Assembly (NCBI GenBank): GCA_051003195.1 | Contig: JBPCLP010000025.1 | Coordinates: 67,616 to 131,615, forward strand | Length of the DNA stretch: 64,000 nucleotides | Source of the DNA: Candidatus Sumerlaeaceae bacterium | Lineage (GTDB): Bacteria > Sumerlaeota > Sumerlaeia > Sumerlaeales > Sumerlaeaceae | Reading direction: 5' to 3' | Shown: in pieces, positions 63,080-64,000 of the stretch | How positions within the stretch are numbered: position 1 is the first letter of the stretch | How the letters are laid out: each line of letters begins with the position of its first letter | The notes under the pieces: generated by a model | What the model saw: the letters and a program-made list of their open reading frames with translations, nothing else | The model's database searches: none | Told to the model about the DNA's origin: nothing | Translations under genes and position numbers: made by a program

Positions 63080-63391
63080 CTACTTTGCTGCCGCTTTATC
63101 GAGTCCATCAAGCAGCGGGCCAAATGCATCCCCGATCTTTGTTTCCGGCGGGAGAGGCGGCGGCAGCTTCGCGAGACAACGCTGTAGCACGGCAGTTAGA
63201 TCAGGCATGGGAGCGACTTTATCAAGGTACGCGCGCATCTCCTTGTCCGCCGCGGCAAGAAAGGCGGTGGGGTTCCTTTTATCCCGGAGCCGCAGCAGAC
63301 GCGCCGCACTCGTGAGCTGATCGGAATCAACCAGCACTATCCCGGCTGGTTTCTGCGGCTCTTCGCTGCCAAGGCTTTTAGCATCCATGCG
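63080..63391 (-). CDS. hypothetical small protein
   Basis: The track ORF 63080..63493 would start inside repeat copy E. Internal Met at 63391 (MDAKSLGSEEP...) avoids the repeat. No family recognised; could be non-coding. Confidence 0.3.
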   Translation of the reverse strand, partial: RMDAKSLGSEEPQKPAGIVLVDSDQLTSAARLLRLRDKRNPTAFLAAADKEMRAYLDKVAPMPDLTAVLQRCLAKLPPPLPPETKIGDAFGPLLDGLDKAAAK

Positions 63392-63404
63392 CCATAGAAA
63401 TTCG

Positions 63405-63560
63405 GGGACGTTGGGGCTGTTGAAAAACCCTCTATCTTTGTTCGACCCGTTCAGGGTCGTGGGGATATTACGCTCAAGATCCGCAGGTTGCACCTGCGGC
63501 TATTCATGTTCGACACCTCCGGTGTCGGTTTTTCAACAGCCCCACGGTTGACGTTTCCCC
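63405..63560 (+). mobile_element. MITE/REPIN-like element family 2, copy E
   Basis: acgttggggctgttgaaaaacc...ggtttttcaacagccccacggttgacgtttcccc. Intact right TIR, left TIR with a 5-nt deletion, same three internal hairpins as copy D. Confidence 0.75.
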
Positions 63561-64000
63561 CAATTTTTGGCGCCGATATGGGTCTATTTTCCACGCTTTC
63601 GAGGAGCATTGATTCGCTGGGCGCGTGCATAGGATGGGATGGGGCGTGCGCCTCAGGAGGTGAACGGGTGTCGCGAGTGGCATGCCGCCGCCAGCATCGC
63701 CAGGTACACTGCGCGATCCTCGGGCTCAAAGATCACCGCCGCGCGATGATTGCCCCGAGACGTGATGTGATACGGCTCACCCGTCACAACAACTCTTGCA
63801 AATCGCGGGATGAGGCATTTCGGTAGCGTTCGACGTGCTCAACGCAAAAAGAAAAATTCCACGTCCTGAATTTTCAAGCGGGGACCCTTCAACGAATCCA
63901 GCCGTTGAACCAGCAGAAGTTCCGGCTATATTCAGATGACCAAAAAACCTGTCCAGCATGCCATTATATTTGGGTTTCTCGTTTTACTAGTCGTTTTTGC

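Noticed and set aside
63451-63729. ORFs 63451..63729 (-) and 63488..63826 (+) and the first 34 codons of ORF 63080..63493
   Set aside because: They are built largely from the palindromic MITE-like element, which reads open in several frames. They are not independent coding evidence.

Overview
Taxon guess: a high-GC chromosomal segment, probably Acidobacteriota-like. Inference from GspG-like pseudopilins with MxxxGFTLIELLIVVAIIAILAAIAVPNF N-termini and from giant TPR proteins. Planctomycetota and Verrucomicrobiota share these traits.

Gene content: densely packed housekeeping and cell-envelope genes on both strands. Recognisable genes: clpX, ispH (long form), metK, rny, a 5-formyltetrahydrofolate cyclo-ligase, deoC, lysS, zapB-zapA, recR, a bamA-skp-lpxC-fabZ block, an LpxL-family acyltransferase, a 3-methyladenine glycosylase, a PpiD-like chaperone, a CheY-like receiver and a DinB-family protein.

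Accessory and unusual content:
(i) Three scattered GspG-like pseudopilin genes. One sits in a translationally coupled operon with a secreted protein, a Wzy_C/O-antigen-ligase-family membrane protein carrying C-terminal TPRs, and a GT39 (PMT/ArnT-like) glycosyltransferase. This is a candidate pilin-like O-glycosylation module.
(ii) A 947-aa SPOR-domain protein directly followed by a 2952-aa all-TPR protein. Its N-terminus carries a DnaG-primase-type CHC2 zinc-finger-like motif.
(iii) Two families of intergenic palindromic repeats. One is an ~85-95-nt hairpin family with GTGTGCCG...CGGCACAC arms, in four copies, two of which donate the stop codons of the upstream genes. The other is a ~165-200-nt MITE/REPIN-like family with ~30-35-bp terminal inverted repeats: two near-complete copies plus two solo ends. 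One solo end abuts a truncated REP-associated tyrosine transposase (RAYT) remnant.
(iv) A ~1 kb gene-poor intergenic region whose AT-rich core carries two short tandem-repeat arrays. It lies next to one MITE copy.
(v) Several GT-C-fold membrane glycosyltransferase-like genes and peptidoglycan-remodelling genes: an Amidase_3-like giant protein and a GHL10/DigH-like hydrolase.

Not found: CRISPR arrays, rRNA, convincing tRNA genes.

Limits: all calls are from by-eye motif recognition. No searches were run.
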